Source: Octopus sinensis (lineage: Eukaryota). Taken from it: a DNA stretch of 64,000 nucleotides. This document shows positions 1-12,299 of the stretch, in pieces. Under the pieces are notes generated by a model. It worked only from the letters and a program-made list of their open reading frames with translations. It ran no database searches and was not told the DNA's origin. Position numbers and translations under genes: made by a program. The DNA lies in NCBI RefSeq assembly GCF_006345805.1, contig NC_042998.1, positions 59,954,001 to 60,018,000 on the forward strand, read 5' to 3'. The first letter of the stretch is position 1. Each line of letters begins with the position of its first letter.

Positions 1-790
1 TGCATAAGCAATACCCTCAAATGAGCTAGGGAAGCTGATGTAAATATAAGAACCGATCAGTAGCTGCTGAGAGTTGATTTGAAAGCCAGAACAGAAGGAT
101 TCATCCTAGCAGCACAAGACCAGAATATCCTCACCCGGAACTATCAAGTTAATGTCACACAAAATGAGGTAGATACAAAATGTAGACTTTGCAATAACAA
201 ACTTGAGAGTATTGACCACATTGTTGCGGGTTGCTAAGTCCTTGCTTCTACAGAATATAAAACCAGGTATAATCGAGTTGGCACAGGTGAATATGCCGTC
301 ACTATGATATCCCGCACTCTAATACCTACCAAAGCCAGTCACTGAGAGAGATAATGCTACCATCCTATGGGATTATGGAATACATACAGATGGGCAAATA
401 AATGTTAACAACCAGACACCGTTATCAAAGACTTAAAACAAATAAATAAAAAAACATACCTGTTAATTGACATAACAGTACCTACTGATAGAAACATCTC
501 AGCAAGGGAATTTGAAAAACTCTCGAAATATAAGGACCTTGAGACAGAGATATTTTGGACGTGATAATTAAAAGCTAAAACCACCCCTGTCATTGGTGGT
601 GCCCTGGGAATGATCAAGAAAAGTACTGAGAAATTTGGGGACCAGATCCCTAGGAAACCAACGATCTGTGAAACTCAGAAGATTTTGTTGAAATCTGCTG
701 CCCACATTCTCAAGACGTTTCTCTCCATCTAACATATACGTGCCTTAGTTATCTAGTTAAGACTCGCCAGAAGATGAAATAAAATGCAAT
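1..790 (+). mobile_element. R4/Dong-type RLE non-LTR retrotransposon, decayed 3' fragment (CCHC finger + restriction-like endonuclease)
   Basis: Frame-broken translation gives EGFILAAQDQ, CRLCNNKLESIDHIVAGC (CCHC), an RPD-like motif, SKYKDLETE and PVIGGALGMIKK; stop at ~732. Confidence 0.85.
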
Positions 791-1324
791 TCAATCGGTA
801 AATGGTAAAAATAATAACATTAATAATGGAGTTTATAAAATTTTACTTTGCCACAAGATTATATATATATATATATATATGAGAGATATAGTATAACAGT
901 TGTATTTGTTGTCAAGAATGTATTAGAGTTTATAAAGTCTTTACTGTATATGTTATTTTTTTCTTAGTTTTTCTTTCTTAACTCGCTATTTTATGCCATT
1001 CTTATATCTGTTTCAAAACAACAATTCCATCATTTTAAACTAAACTCTCCCTGGGCTTGCCATATTAAACCAATTTTGCTTGCTACCAGTATTAAGCTCC
1101 AAGAGTTTCGATGCAGTTTTTTCTTTTTATCTTTCTATACATGGAATGGATTTTCAACAACCACCAAGTCTTATCCTGTGCTATAATTCCTTTTCGATAT
1201 AACTAAAATATATTGTGCATTTCTTCATCTCTAGAGAATTCATTTCATTCCTTTTGCCTTTCTTTCCAATTGTATTCACGTCAGACAAGTATTAATGATT
1301 TTAGTTGGCATATCAGGGAATGTT

Positions 1325-1492
<168 letters not shown>

Positions 1493-2616
1493 ATTTGACT
1501 GGATGGAATAAAATCCAAGCAGTTAATACGTGGGCGATAGTACCGCTTCGGTATGGAGCAGGAATTATAAAATGGCAAAAGATAGAAATGAAGAAAATGG
1601 CTACCAACACCAGAAGATTGTTGACAGTACACGGAGACTGCCACCCTAAGAGTGACACCACCGATACGCTGTACTTGTCCAGAAGAAAGGGTAGGAGAGG
1701 TTTGATCAGTTGTCAGGACTGTATCAAAGCAGAGAAAAACAGCCTAGTGTGGTATATAAAAATGCCTTGGAGCCACTTGTTGGGACATATATAGAAGGGC
1801 GGCGTCATCAAAACTGGAAGTTCTGTAACTATGAAAAAAATTTAAACAAGAAATGAACAAAAAGAAAGAAAAAGCATGGCAGGAAACAATGTACGGTCAG
1901 TATGCAAGAAATGTGAACACCAAGACAGATACAGAGGACAGGTGGCTATGGATGAGGAGTGACCAGAAGATAGAAGCAGCTCAGGAACAAGTGTTAAGGA
2001 ACCATTTATATGAAGGGCAGAATTGACAACACTACTGATAGTGACAAATGCAGAATGTGTAGTAAGAGGGGTGGAACGGTGTGGTATATCGTTAACGAAT
2101 GCCCGAAATTGGCACAATGCGAATACAAAAGACGCCATGACACTGTGGCAAGAATGATCCATTAGGAACTCTGTGGAAATCACGGCCTACAAAGAGCAAA
2201 GACGTGGTAGGAACATACCCCAGAAGGAATGACCGAAAACGAGGACTGCAAAACCCTGTGGAATAAAATGATCCATTACGATCACCTGACCAGACATAGG
2301 AAACCGGACATTGTTGTGGTGAAAAAAGACGAGCAAATAAACAACTATAGCGATTTAAAGAGGAAAATGCGAAGGTTGTGGTCAATGAAAGACTAGACGT
2401 AATGCAAATAGTAATTGGTGTACTTGGAAGTTTCAGCAAAAAAAGACTGGTCCAAGTGTGAAGCTAGAACACCTACAAAATCAACGTTACTTGGAACAGC
2501 AAGACTTCTTTGCAGGGTTCTTGAAGCATGACCAGTAAACAAGTGTCAACTTAGTCTGCTGACTGTGGACAGCTGACACTTTCCATCATACCCAGCAAAA
2601 TAAGCTTTAAGTTTTC

Positions 2617-2618
<2 letters not shown>
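1493..2618 (+). mobile_element. R4/Dong-type LINE, 5'-truncated (RT C-terminus, CCHC, RLE, 3' UTR)
   Basis: ORF 1495-1794 KIQAVNTWAIVPLRYGAG...LYLSRRKGRRGLI; downstream decayed CRMCSKRGGTVWYIVNECPKL and HRKPDIVV; ends at an (AAT)n array. Confidence 0.88.
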
Positions 2619-2685
<67 letters not shown>

Positions 2686-2687
<2 letters not shown>

Positions 2688-3241
2688 GCCCTGATGCAGT
2701 ACCAGGCAGTGGCTCTCATGGCTTCTGATCTTAACTTATTGGAAGTGTTATCATGTACCTTGTTTTGTCTTGGTATAAAAGATGGGCTACAGCAAATATT
2801 CTGCTCAATACCACACATTTGCTTGTCAGTTGTTTGACTTTAATCAGTTGAGCATGTCCCTTAGTGGCTGACGATATGTGCATCTCTGATCACGAGCAGA
2901 AGTAGTGGGGGAGCATCATAGCCATGTGTTGAGATGGATTTTTGGGGGTTTGGATAATTCACTTCTGGAAACATGGGTGTTTCTTTCAACATCCTTAAAC
3001 AACCCTTATTCAGGGACCTTTTGAGCGGGATGGGCTACTCAACCAGAAGAAAATTCTAACTGGGCCCCACCTGCAAGGTCATGTGCTGTTTATCTTGATA
3101 TGAGATCACTATGTCGCGCACATATGGTTGTGATGCATGTGCCTGGTGTACCCTTACCAGACGGGTAGTCATGATGGGTATATTGGGCTCCGTATATTTT
3201 ACCCCAGTTTCACTTTGATGGCATGAACTGCTCTCTCATTC
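2686..3241 (+). mobile_element. ~556-bp non-coding (AAT)n-flanked interspersed element, copy U1 (full length)
   Basis: Four similar copies in the window; starts ATGCCCTGATGCAGTACC, ends CTCTCTCATTC then (AAT)n; no recognisable ORF. Confidence 0.85.
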
Positions 3242-3300
<59 letters not shown>

Positions 3301-3332
3301 TAATAATAATAGTTCTTTTTCTTCTTCTTCTG

Positions 3333-3381
<49 letters not shown>

Positions 3382-3383
<2 letters not shown>

Positions 3384-5568
3384 TTTCACGCAGAGACCTC
3401 AAGAGACAACAGGTTATAAGATCATGTTGTTGTTATGCCTAGTGTGCCATATATTTTTTTTTGGGGGGGGGGGTTGTATATTGGGGGGGGGGTTGAATGT
3501 CTAAAATAAATTTTTTCTTTTTTTTTTTAAAAACCGAAAATTATGTTTGTTTTAAACCTTAAGATTACATAGAAAGTATTTTCCGTAGGATATGAGCAGT
3601 TCCCATGAGCACTATCTTTTGAATTTCTGCCATTTTGGGGTTTCCTTGTATCTGAGTTAGGTAGCTATCAGCCCCTTTTGCTATCATTCCCAGGGCACCT
3701 ATGACAACAGGTATTGTTTTAGTCTTCACGTTCCACATTTTGCTGATTTCTATTTCAAGATCTTTATATTTGCTCAGTTTTTGGTAGGTCTTGACAGATA
3801 CGTTTATATCGATTGAGACAGTCATATCAATGAGGAGGCATGTTCTTTGTTTGAAGTCTTTCAATATGATGTCTGGCCTATTTGTATCTATCTTTCTGTC
3901 GGTTTGAATGGTGAAGTTCCAGAGGAGTGAGATGTGGTCATTTTCAAGCACTGGGGGTGGTTTGTGTTCCCACCAGTTTTTTTCATGGGGCAAATCCAGG
4001 TTTTTGCAGATTACCCAGTGAATATATTGTGCAGCTCTATCGTGTCTGTTGAGATACTCTGTAGGCGCTAGAAGACTGCACTTGGAGACCACATGGTCAA
4101 TGCTTTCATTTTGTTGCTGGCATACACGACACGTTGGACTGCTTCTGATCTTTAATATGTTGGCCTGGTAGTTTCTTGTTGGTAGGCATTGATCTTGAGC
4201 TGCTATGATAAACCCCTCTGTTTCAGATTTTAAGCCAGAGGCCATTAGCCATTGATGGGTCAGGGCTTTGTCAACATCTGCATTATTTGCTCTCTTTGGT
4301 ATTTGCCATAGAGAGGTTTTTCTTGCCATTTATCATTCAGAATATCTAAAGCTGCAGATTTAGCACGGGTTTTCATGCGCTTAGCTTTTTCTGTGCCTGT
4401 TTCTTGTGTGTCTATCTCTAATTCCGAAATTTGTCGTATTCGGAATTCACTTAGATATTCCATTGCCTGTTTTGTTACTGAGTATGATGCCTCCTTGTTT
4501 TCATGTTTTGAGACAAGTTTTAACATCCAGTCCTCAGAGTTTTTCAGGTAGGTGTCTAGGCCAATTGTAGCAATCTTCATTGTTATTGCCAGTTGTAAAA
4601 GTCCACGGCCTCCCTCTTTTCTTGGCAGATAAAGTCGTTCTGTGTCTGCCTTAGGGTGGTGCATTCTATGCATTGTCAACAGTTTTCGAATTTTTCTGTC
4701 AAGATTACATATTTCAGTAATTGACCAGTTAACGATATTGAAACTGTAAGTCACAACTGGTATGGCTAATGCATTGATCGCTTCGATCCTGTTTCTCGCA
4801 TTCAGCTCTGTCTTGAGTATTGCTCTTACTCTGCGATAACATTCTCTCCTGATCCTTTCCTTCATCTCTAAATGCCTTATTCCTTCTCCTTCAATTACCC
4901 CTAGATACTTGTAGTTCTCTGCTGGGTCTAATTCTTTTATGACATTCTGCTGGTCAAGGTTAACGTTAGATGTTTCTGTCATTTTTCCTTTGATAAAGGT
5001 AGCTTTTGCACACTTATCGAGGCCAAATTGCATTCTGATGTCATCGCTGAATTGTTTGACTATCGCTAGTAAGCCCTTGAGTTGTTGGTCATTTTTTGCA
5101 AAGAGCTTTAAATCATCCATGTAAATGAGATGATTTATATTTTTATCAAACATTTTATATCCGTAATGCGCGTCATTGAGCAGTTTTGAGAGAGGTATTA
5201 AGGCTAAACAGAAGGAGTGGTGATAGTGAGTCACCCTGGAAAATGCCACATGAAATCTTTACATCACCAGCATTTAGAGATTCATTGTCACTGTTCAAAG
5301 TTAGTGTAGTTCTCCACGATCTCATACTTACAGACAAAAAAAAAGTTTCGCATAACAGGTGCTATCTTATACATTTCTAGGCATTTCTTAATCCAGCTAT
5401 GTGGTAGGCTATCAAAAGCCTTTTTATAGTCTATCCAGGATATTGATAAGTTTTTGTGTCGTTGTGACAATCTTCTAAGATCATCTTATTGATGAGTAGT
5501 TGATCTTTACAACCGTAGGATCCACGGTTACATCCTTTCTGATCAGTAGGGAATATGCTGCTGTCTGA
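3382..5568 (-). mobile_element. R4/Dong-type LINE, 5'-truncated inside RT; frameshifted RT-CCHC-RLE ORF and 3' UTR
   Basis: ORFs 5288-5470 ([16 protein letters not shown]), 4260-5249 (YMDDLKLFAKN, YKYLGV), 3565-4329 (CRVCQQQNESIDHVVSKC, NRPDIILKD, LIDMTV, KLSKYKDL); (AAT)n at both ends on the minus strand. Confidence 0.95.
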
Positions 5569-5582
5569 TTATTATTATTATT

Positions 5583-6086
5583 GAGTGAGAGAGCAGTGCA
5601 TGCCATGAAAATGACCCAGGGGTAAAATATACGAAGCCCAGTATACCGATCATGACTACCCGTCTGATAAGGGTACACTAGGCTCATGCATCACAACCAT
5701 ATGTGCGCTACATGGTGGTCTCATATCAACATAAACAGCGCATGACCTTGCAGGTGGGGCCCAGTTAGAATTTTCTTCTGGTCGAGTAGCCCATCCCGCT
5801 CAAAAGGTCCCTGAATAAGTATTGAATAAGAATGTTGAACAAACCACCCATGTTTCCAAAGGTGAATTATCCAAACCTCAAAGAATTCCTTTCAACACAC
5901 GGTTGTGATACTCTCCAACTACTTCTGCTTGTGATCAGAGATGCACATATCGTCAGCCACTAAGGGACATGCTCAACTGGTTAAGGACAAACAACTGACA
6001 AACAAATCTGTGGTATTGAGTAGAATATTTGCTGTAGCCCATCTTCTATGCCAAGACAATACAATGTACATGATAATACTTCCAAT
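5583..6086 (-). mobile_element. ~556-bp element copy U2, 5'-truncated by ~50 nt
   Basis: Reverse complement of U1; lacks the ATGCCCTGATGCAG 5' end; flanked by AAT/GAT repeats. Confidence 0.85.
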
Positions 6087-6119
6087 TATTATCATCATCA
6101 TCATCATTATTATTATTTT

Positions 6120-6647
6120 CTCTTTATAACAAGTTTTGTTGCAGCTCCCGGATTCTTGCATGCGTAGGGGTCTTACTACCTGCAGCCTACGGTACCATGA
6201 TTTTCGTTCTTTAAGCTATCTAATACTTTTCTATTTATTCTGGCCGTAGCAAGGAGACAAAACTTTTGTAATAATTCTACTGGGCACTCTATTCCAATTT
6301 CCTTTATATTCTTCTTGATTCCTTCTGATACTGTTCCCAAGGACCCAGCAATAATTGGCACTATCTTCACCTTCTTCATTTTCCATAACCGGGCTATTCC
6401 GTATTTAAGAGGGTTGTATCTATTTATCTTTTCGTCTTCTTTCCTGACTTCTTATGGGTCATAGGGGGCATACAACATCAACTATATAGCATATGTGGTG
6501 CACCTTCTTAACCACAAGCCTAGGACATTCGTTTGTGATATGGGCAATGGTTTCATCAACGCTATTGCAGATGCGGCACAGCGGGGACAGTTGCACATTC
6601 CTAAATTTGACCCTGCAGTTCGTGGCCAAAGCTTGGTCCTCTGCTGA
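6120..6647 (-). mobile_element. R4/Dong-type LINE 3' fragment
   Basis: Minus-strand PLCRICNSVDETIAHITNECPRL (CCHC) and ORF 6176-6379 VPIIAGSLGTV...KFCLLATARINRKVLD. Confidence 0.85.
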
Positions 6648-6709
6648 TTACTATTATTGTTGTTATTGTTGTTGTTGTGTTGTTGTTGTTATCATTATTA
6701 TTGTTATAG

Positions 6710-6870
6710 TCCCACATTTTGACACAAAACCTGTATCTTGGAGGGGGAAGAAGTCGAATACGTTGATCCAAGTGCTCAGCTGGTAATATTTTATCAATCT
6801 CAAGAGGATGAAATGCAAAGTCAACCTCCGTGGTATTGAAACTTAGAAGATCGTGCCAGAAAATGCCGCT
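6710..6870 (-). mobile_element. Degenerate tRNA-derived SINE, family A
   Basis: Reverse complement resembles GGTCGACTTTGCCTTTCATCC...GATAAAAT of the copy at 13415. Confidence 0.55.
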
Positions 6871-7380
6871 AATAATATTGTACGGTGTGTTAACTATTCT
6901 GTTAGCTCGCCTCCTAAATAACACTGACGGTGATGATAATAATAAATGCAATAACAAGACAATTGATGACAATAATAATAAGAATAAGAAGAATAAGGGA
7001 GATAAGAATGGTCGAAGGAAAGCGATTATACTGGGATATAAAAACCAGTGAAAGATTTATTTGGCTGAAATCTTATGCCAGCATTGTCATGCAATCACGT
7101 AGGCAGTTGTTGAGGATTGATGCATACTAAGGGGAATCAACACAAATATACATTTACTGGCTCTTTTTTTTTAGAGGAAATGGTTAAAGTTGACGTCAAT
7201 ATGATTTGAGTGCTGCGTTTTATTTGCAAGATATTGTAATGCATCTATCCAACTCTATTAAGCTATTGCAAATTCTAAGCTATCGCATTGAGAGCTTCTA
7301 AGGGATAGTGCTATACGATAGAAATAGTAACCAATCCTTTTTCAAATCACAGTCTAACTCCTAATAATAATAATAATAAT

Positions 7381-7462
<82 letters not shown>

Positions 7463-7472
7463 TAATAATAAA

Positions 7473-7810
7473 ACGTGGCATCTCAAGGCGGTTACAATAC
7501 CAGTGATCGTAGGAGCACTAGGAATGATCAAGAAGGGAACCGAAAATTATATGAGAATGATCCCTGGCTTACCATCCCTGCAAGAAGTGCAAAAGATTGT
7601 CTTAACTGGTACGTCACACGTATTGAGAAGAGCATTGTCGATGTGAGAACTATTACTACCCATGAATTTTAATTTAACTTAAAAAAAATAAACGAACTAG
7701 TGAGTTTAGTTTAATGGCCTACCAATGTATACTATGAGTTTCTTTGCCCTAGGAGTCGGGAAGACACTCGGCAAGAAATGGAAGCAAATTTGAAAGGAGA
7801 AAAAAAAAGA
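7473..7810 (+). mobile_element. R4/Dong-type LINE extreme 3' fragment
   Basis: WHLKAVTIPVIVGALGMIKKG...QEVQKIVLTGTSHVLRRALSM* then 3' UTR, between two (AAT)n arrays. Confidence 0.85.
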
Positions 7811-7815
7811 TAATG

Positions 7816-7882
<67 letters not shown>

Positions 7883-7884
7883 TG

Positions 7885-8807
7885 ATGCCCGGATGCAGTA
7901 CCAAACAGTGGTTCTCATGCCTTCTCATCTAAACTGATTGGAAGTGTTATCATGTACCTCTGTGTGAAAAGTCTGCCTGCATCCGAAAAAATAAATATGA
8001 AACAAAATTAAACACAAAATTTATTACACGAATCTGTTACGACCACGACGGTCAACTATTTGACGCCGAACACGAGTTTGATGTTGAATACATCCACGAA
8101 TTTTCCTCTCAGATAGCTCTTCCCAAGACTGCTGGTAGCGTAGAAGTATTGCCAGTCTATCTCTCTCACTAATGTTTTCACCTCGCCTGCGAGCCATCTA
8201 AAGTTAATAATGATTCTGCTAATTCCACGTGTATACATGTGTTGAATAGAACTCACTGAATAAATCTTAATTAACTGTGTTGTCAATTGTATGCGCCTGA
8301 CATATGCTAACGTGTATGCAGCCAAACTTTTCACACAGAGGATACATTGATTTGTCTGGGTATAAAAGGCTACAGCAAATATTCTGCTTAATACCACACA
8401 TTTGCTTGTCAGTTGTTTGACCTTAAGCAGATGAGCATGTCCTTTAGTGGCTGACGATATGTGCATCTCTGATCACGAGCAGAAGTATTTGGGGAGCATC
8501 ATAGCCATGTGTTGAGATGGATTCTTTGGGGTTTGAATAATTCACCTCTGGAAACATGGATGTTTCGTTCAACATCCTTAAACAACCGTTATTCAGGGAC
8601 CTTTTGAGCGGGATGGGCTACTCGACCAGAAGAAAATTCTAACTGGGCCCCACCTGCAAGGTCATGCGCTGTTTATCTTGATATGAGATCACCATGTCGT
8701 GTACGTGATGCATGTGCCAGTGTACCCTTATCTGACGGGTAGTCATGCGTATACTGGGCTTCGTATATTTTACCCCAATTTCACTTTGATGGCATGCACT
8801 CTGACTC
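7885..8807 (+). mobile_element. ~556-bp element copy U3, interrupted by a DNA-transposon derivative
   Basis: Matches U1 at 7885-7956 and 8343-8807. Confidence 0.85.
7957..8341 (-). mobile_element. Internally deleted Tc1/mariner-type derivative (MITE-like, 385 bp)
   Basis: Perfect 16-bp TIR CCTCTGTGTGAAAAGT / ACTTTTCACACAGAGG; inserted at a TA of U3 (one extra A on the right); minus frame from 8197 reads MARRRGENISERDRLAILLRY..., resembling a Tc1 N-terminal HTH. Confidence 0.75.
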
Positions 8808-8838
8808 AATAAGAGTAATAATTATAATAATAAAAATA

Positions 8839-8926
<88 letters not shown>

Positions 8927-9310
8927 TTTAATTTGGCAGGATCAGTAAATATAAAGACTTGCAAATAGAAATTGAAAAAATGTTGCATCTGAAGGCGACT
9001 ACAGTACCTGTGTTTGTAGGATCTCTAGGAATGATAAAATAAAAGGCACTGAAACCTATTTGAAAATGATACCAGGATTACCATCCCTACAGGAAGTGTA
9101 AAAAATCGTGTTAACTGGAACGACTCATGTACTGAGATCAGCATTATCGCTGTAAAAACAACATCCATTCATGAATTTATTTATTTATTAATTTTTTAAA
9201 TACATATTTTATCTGTGAATTTGCGTGTGTAATCTGGGAATTCATACAATGAGCTTCTCTGCCCTAGGGGTACGGAAAACACCCGGCGAGAAACGGAAGA
9301 AAGAAGGAGA
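8927..9310 (+). mobile_element. R4/Dong-type LINE 3' fragment, same subfamily as 7473-7810
   Basis: SKYKDLQIEIEKMLHLKATTVPVFVGSLGMIK; shared 3' UTR motif GCCCTAGG...GGC. Confidence 0.85.
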
Positions 9311-10619
9311 GAAAATAAGAAGAAGAAAAAGAAGAAGAAGGGGAGGAGGAGGGGGGAGAAGCAGAAGAAGAAGAAGAAGAAGAAGAGGAGATAATAATAA
9401 AACAGGAAAAGGAGAAAGAAATGCATATTCGATCATGTGGTCTAATATTGCTTACTGTACACTGCCTGCAAGAAGAGACGAAATGTCTTCAGCTAGAATA
9501 ATTTTCATTATAAAATAAATAGGTTTGTTCAAGCAGAGTTCAGCAGTGTGTTGACAGGAATAACGAGTGACAACAAAACGAATATGTCACATTCGTACAT
9601 TAGTGGAACGGTTTAAGTTAACAAATTTTGATCATAGTAATTAACTGGTAATTCTATGGTACCAAAGTTGTTTAAATAATTAGCTTCTTGCTACATGGTA
9701 AACGTTGAATGTATAAACTAACATTCAGAAACGCACTAGCACGCTGGTATGTGTATAAATGTATGTGTGATTGCATACACATAGACACTCAGACACAAGC
9801 ACATGCACACACACACACACACACACACACGCCGATACGCACATATACACTCTCGTATTTAAAAACAACCACCTGAGAACTAGTCCAGTCATTCATATAA
9901 TGGCAGTGTACAAGCTAACTCACGTCGTCAAACTCAAAAACAGTCGAACATTAACTTGAAAGATCACTCAGTAAAGTTAATTATTCATTTTATTTTTTAT
10001 AGAACAATGGATTTCATTTGCTTCGAATTCTCGACCGCAGCTTGTTACGGATTATAAGAAAATTAATGTATTTGCACATTGTGATGGACTTGCTTCCATT
10101 GAAAATTTTCAAATGGAATCTCCTCGTGCTTAAGTCGAGAAAATATTTGTGTAAATGTTCTTTATATTAATTAAGATTGGTAGCAGAATTTAAATAATTA
10201 GACGACGATTTGTAGGGTGATTTATGGTCGATGATGTAATAAGTTGGGCAGTCATACACCATAATACTTAGTGATACAATAGCATTATAAAACTGTTGGA
10301 TTTGTATAAAGTTTGTAATACGAGTATATGCGTTAACTCAAAGGGTAATAGGGTTAGATATCGCTGTTAATATGGGACTGAGGCTCTAAACTAGGTAATA
10401 GCGTATATCTTTCAACAATGAGTTTCTTCCCTTGTCACATTTACTTTCTCTCGTGTTTAGATTCCCAAGTCTTCTTTCTAAGAATACAATCCATTGCATT
10501 TTCTCCTCACATACGTATTTCCTGCATAGATCGTTCCACAGATGCTCAAGTTGAAAATAAAACACGTGGAACTCACTCAGCTAAGGTGCCTAACAATATC
10601 ATAAGACCTGTCTCTCCTC

Positions 10620-11660
10620 ATATGATAATCAGAAAACCAAATTACTTAAAGGATATTATTCTTAAAATAGTTTATAATTATATCAAACCAATTATATGTG
10701 TTCTTGGTTTATTCTTTTGTGATTATTGTTGCAACACGTCTTGCTTGCAACGTATAATGAATAGACGAAAATATATTTGATCAGCCCCGTAAAACTACAC
10801 GACATCGGTCATCTACATCTTAGTACCTATTTAGATGAAACGATGGAAATATTGTTATTGAAAATCGTGCAGAGTTTTCTATTCTTTTCTGTGATCAATT
10901 GACATCAGGCATAGATGAGACCAATGAGTTATTCCATTAATAGTGAATAACGTAATTGTAGTGTTTGCAATTATGACAGTAGCACCAGGTAGGATGTGTG
11001 ATTCAATTTGAAACTAATTGGAAGGATGCAGTCAAATGATGTAATCATTGTTCAATATCTTAAGATTGAATTTGGCTGCTGCTGTGTATATTGAGTTTTA
11101 AATTTATGACAGCACATAAAAACGTCAATTTCGCTTTATTGTGTGATTTTCCTTCTATTAAATTCATATTATTACCAACATTCTACATCTGGAATTGATA
11201 TTGATTTATGACACAATAAAGAAAACAATGCTTATTATATGATTTCAAAGCATTACATTTACAAGGCAAGAGGAAACAAGTCTTGATAATATGAATACAT
11301 TTCTTAATAGTGTTAATGATGTATGTGAAGTTAAATGGCAATTATCGGGTGTCGAAATCATGACGAAGATCAAGTAATCAAATATTTACCCTCAAACTAC
11401 AGATCTATCAATATTGATATTAATCTTTTATGTATATATCAGCAACTTTTTTGAAGAAAAAATATTTAGCTAGCTTAATGGGAGCGAAACTAGAATCGAA
11501 TTATTCTTTTAATCATGTAGATATTGAACTGAGAATTTGTAATTCACTCACGTGAGAATCGTGAAGCACATCGATGCGCCTCGATGTCTATATCTCCTTC
11601 AACTTGACTATTAATTATTGATTTCTAACAGAGGTATAAGAATATAGACTTAGTGAGAAG
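10620..11660 (+). pseudogene. Decayed intronless rhodopsin-class (peptide-receptor-like) GPCR pseudogene candidate
   Basis: TM1-like IVYNYIKPIICVLGLF (10667); TM3-TM4-like open frame 11070-11195 IWLLLCILSFKF...LLPTFYIW; TM6/TM7-like single frame 11529-11648 LRICNSL...NLTINY*FL...EYR; TM1-TM7 spacing ~310 codons; many stops and frameshifts. Confidence 0.45.
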
Positions 11661-12181
11661 ATAAATAGCTGATCATATCGTTACCAAGGACTTCATCGCT
11701 ACTTATTTTATCGACTCCGGAAGCTTGCAAAATATAATTTAGAATCAAATTCCTTACAAAAACTTATTCCTAGAGAAAGAGAGCAATTTATTGGATTAAG
11801 AGATTTATATTTGTAGTACTCAGTGTATCCACTGCAGCGGGATCTGCGCTCAGAACAACGAAAATAAAACACATACATCAAATAATTTACTTTCATAAGT
11901 TAAAGCCAATCGATCTCATAATAGTTTAACAGATATTAATGAAGGTTGATCTGTGTTGCTCTGGGACGCAGTACATTAGTTTAGGTGTACAATCAATAAA
12001 GGCCTATTATTTCTATATTGAGCCTGAAAAGCTTTAATGGAATTGTGGAAATCCTATAGAATTATAGAGCATTTCAGTTATATAACTTCCTTAAAATTGC
12101 CATAACATTTTTCTGAATTGGAAAATATATTTAATATTTATATATAGTAATTTGAAAGGGGTATATCGCATAAATGTTGTT

Positions 12182-12296
<115 letters not shown>

Positions 12297-12299
12297 ATG

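Noticed and set aside
2865-2930. CTGACGA inside the U element, and an HDV-like P3/L3 near its 5' end
   Set aside because: No GAAA or NUH geometry for a hammerhead, and no room for P1.1/P4/J4-2 for an HDV fold; no ribozyme could be assigned by eye.
2619-9310. Alternating repeat and spacer-like layout reminiscent of a CRISPR array
   Set aside because: The repeats are simple trinucleotide tracts, the spacers are retroelement fragments, and the context is eukaryotic with no cas genes.
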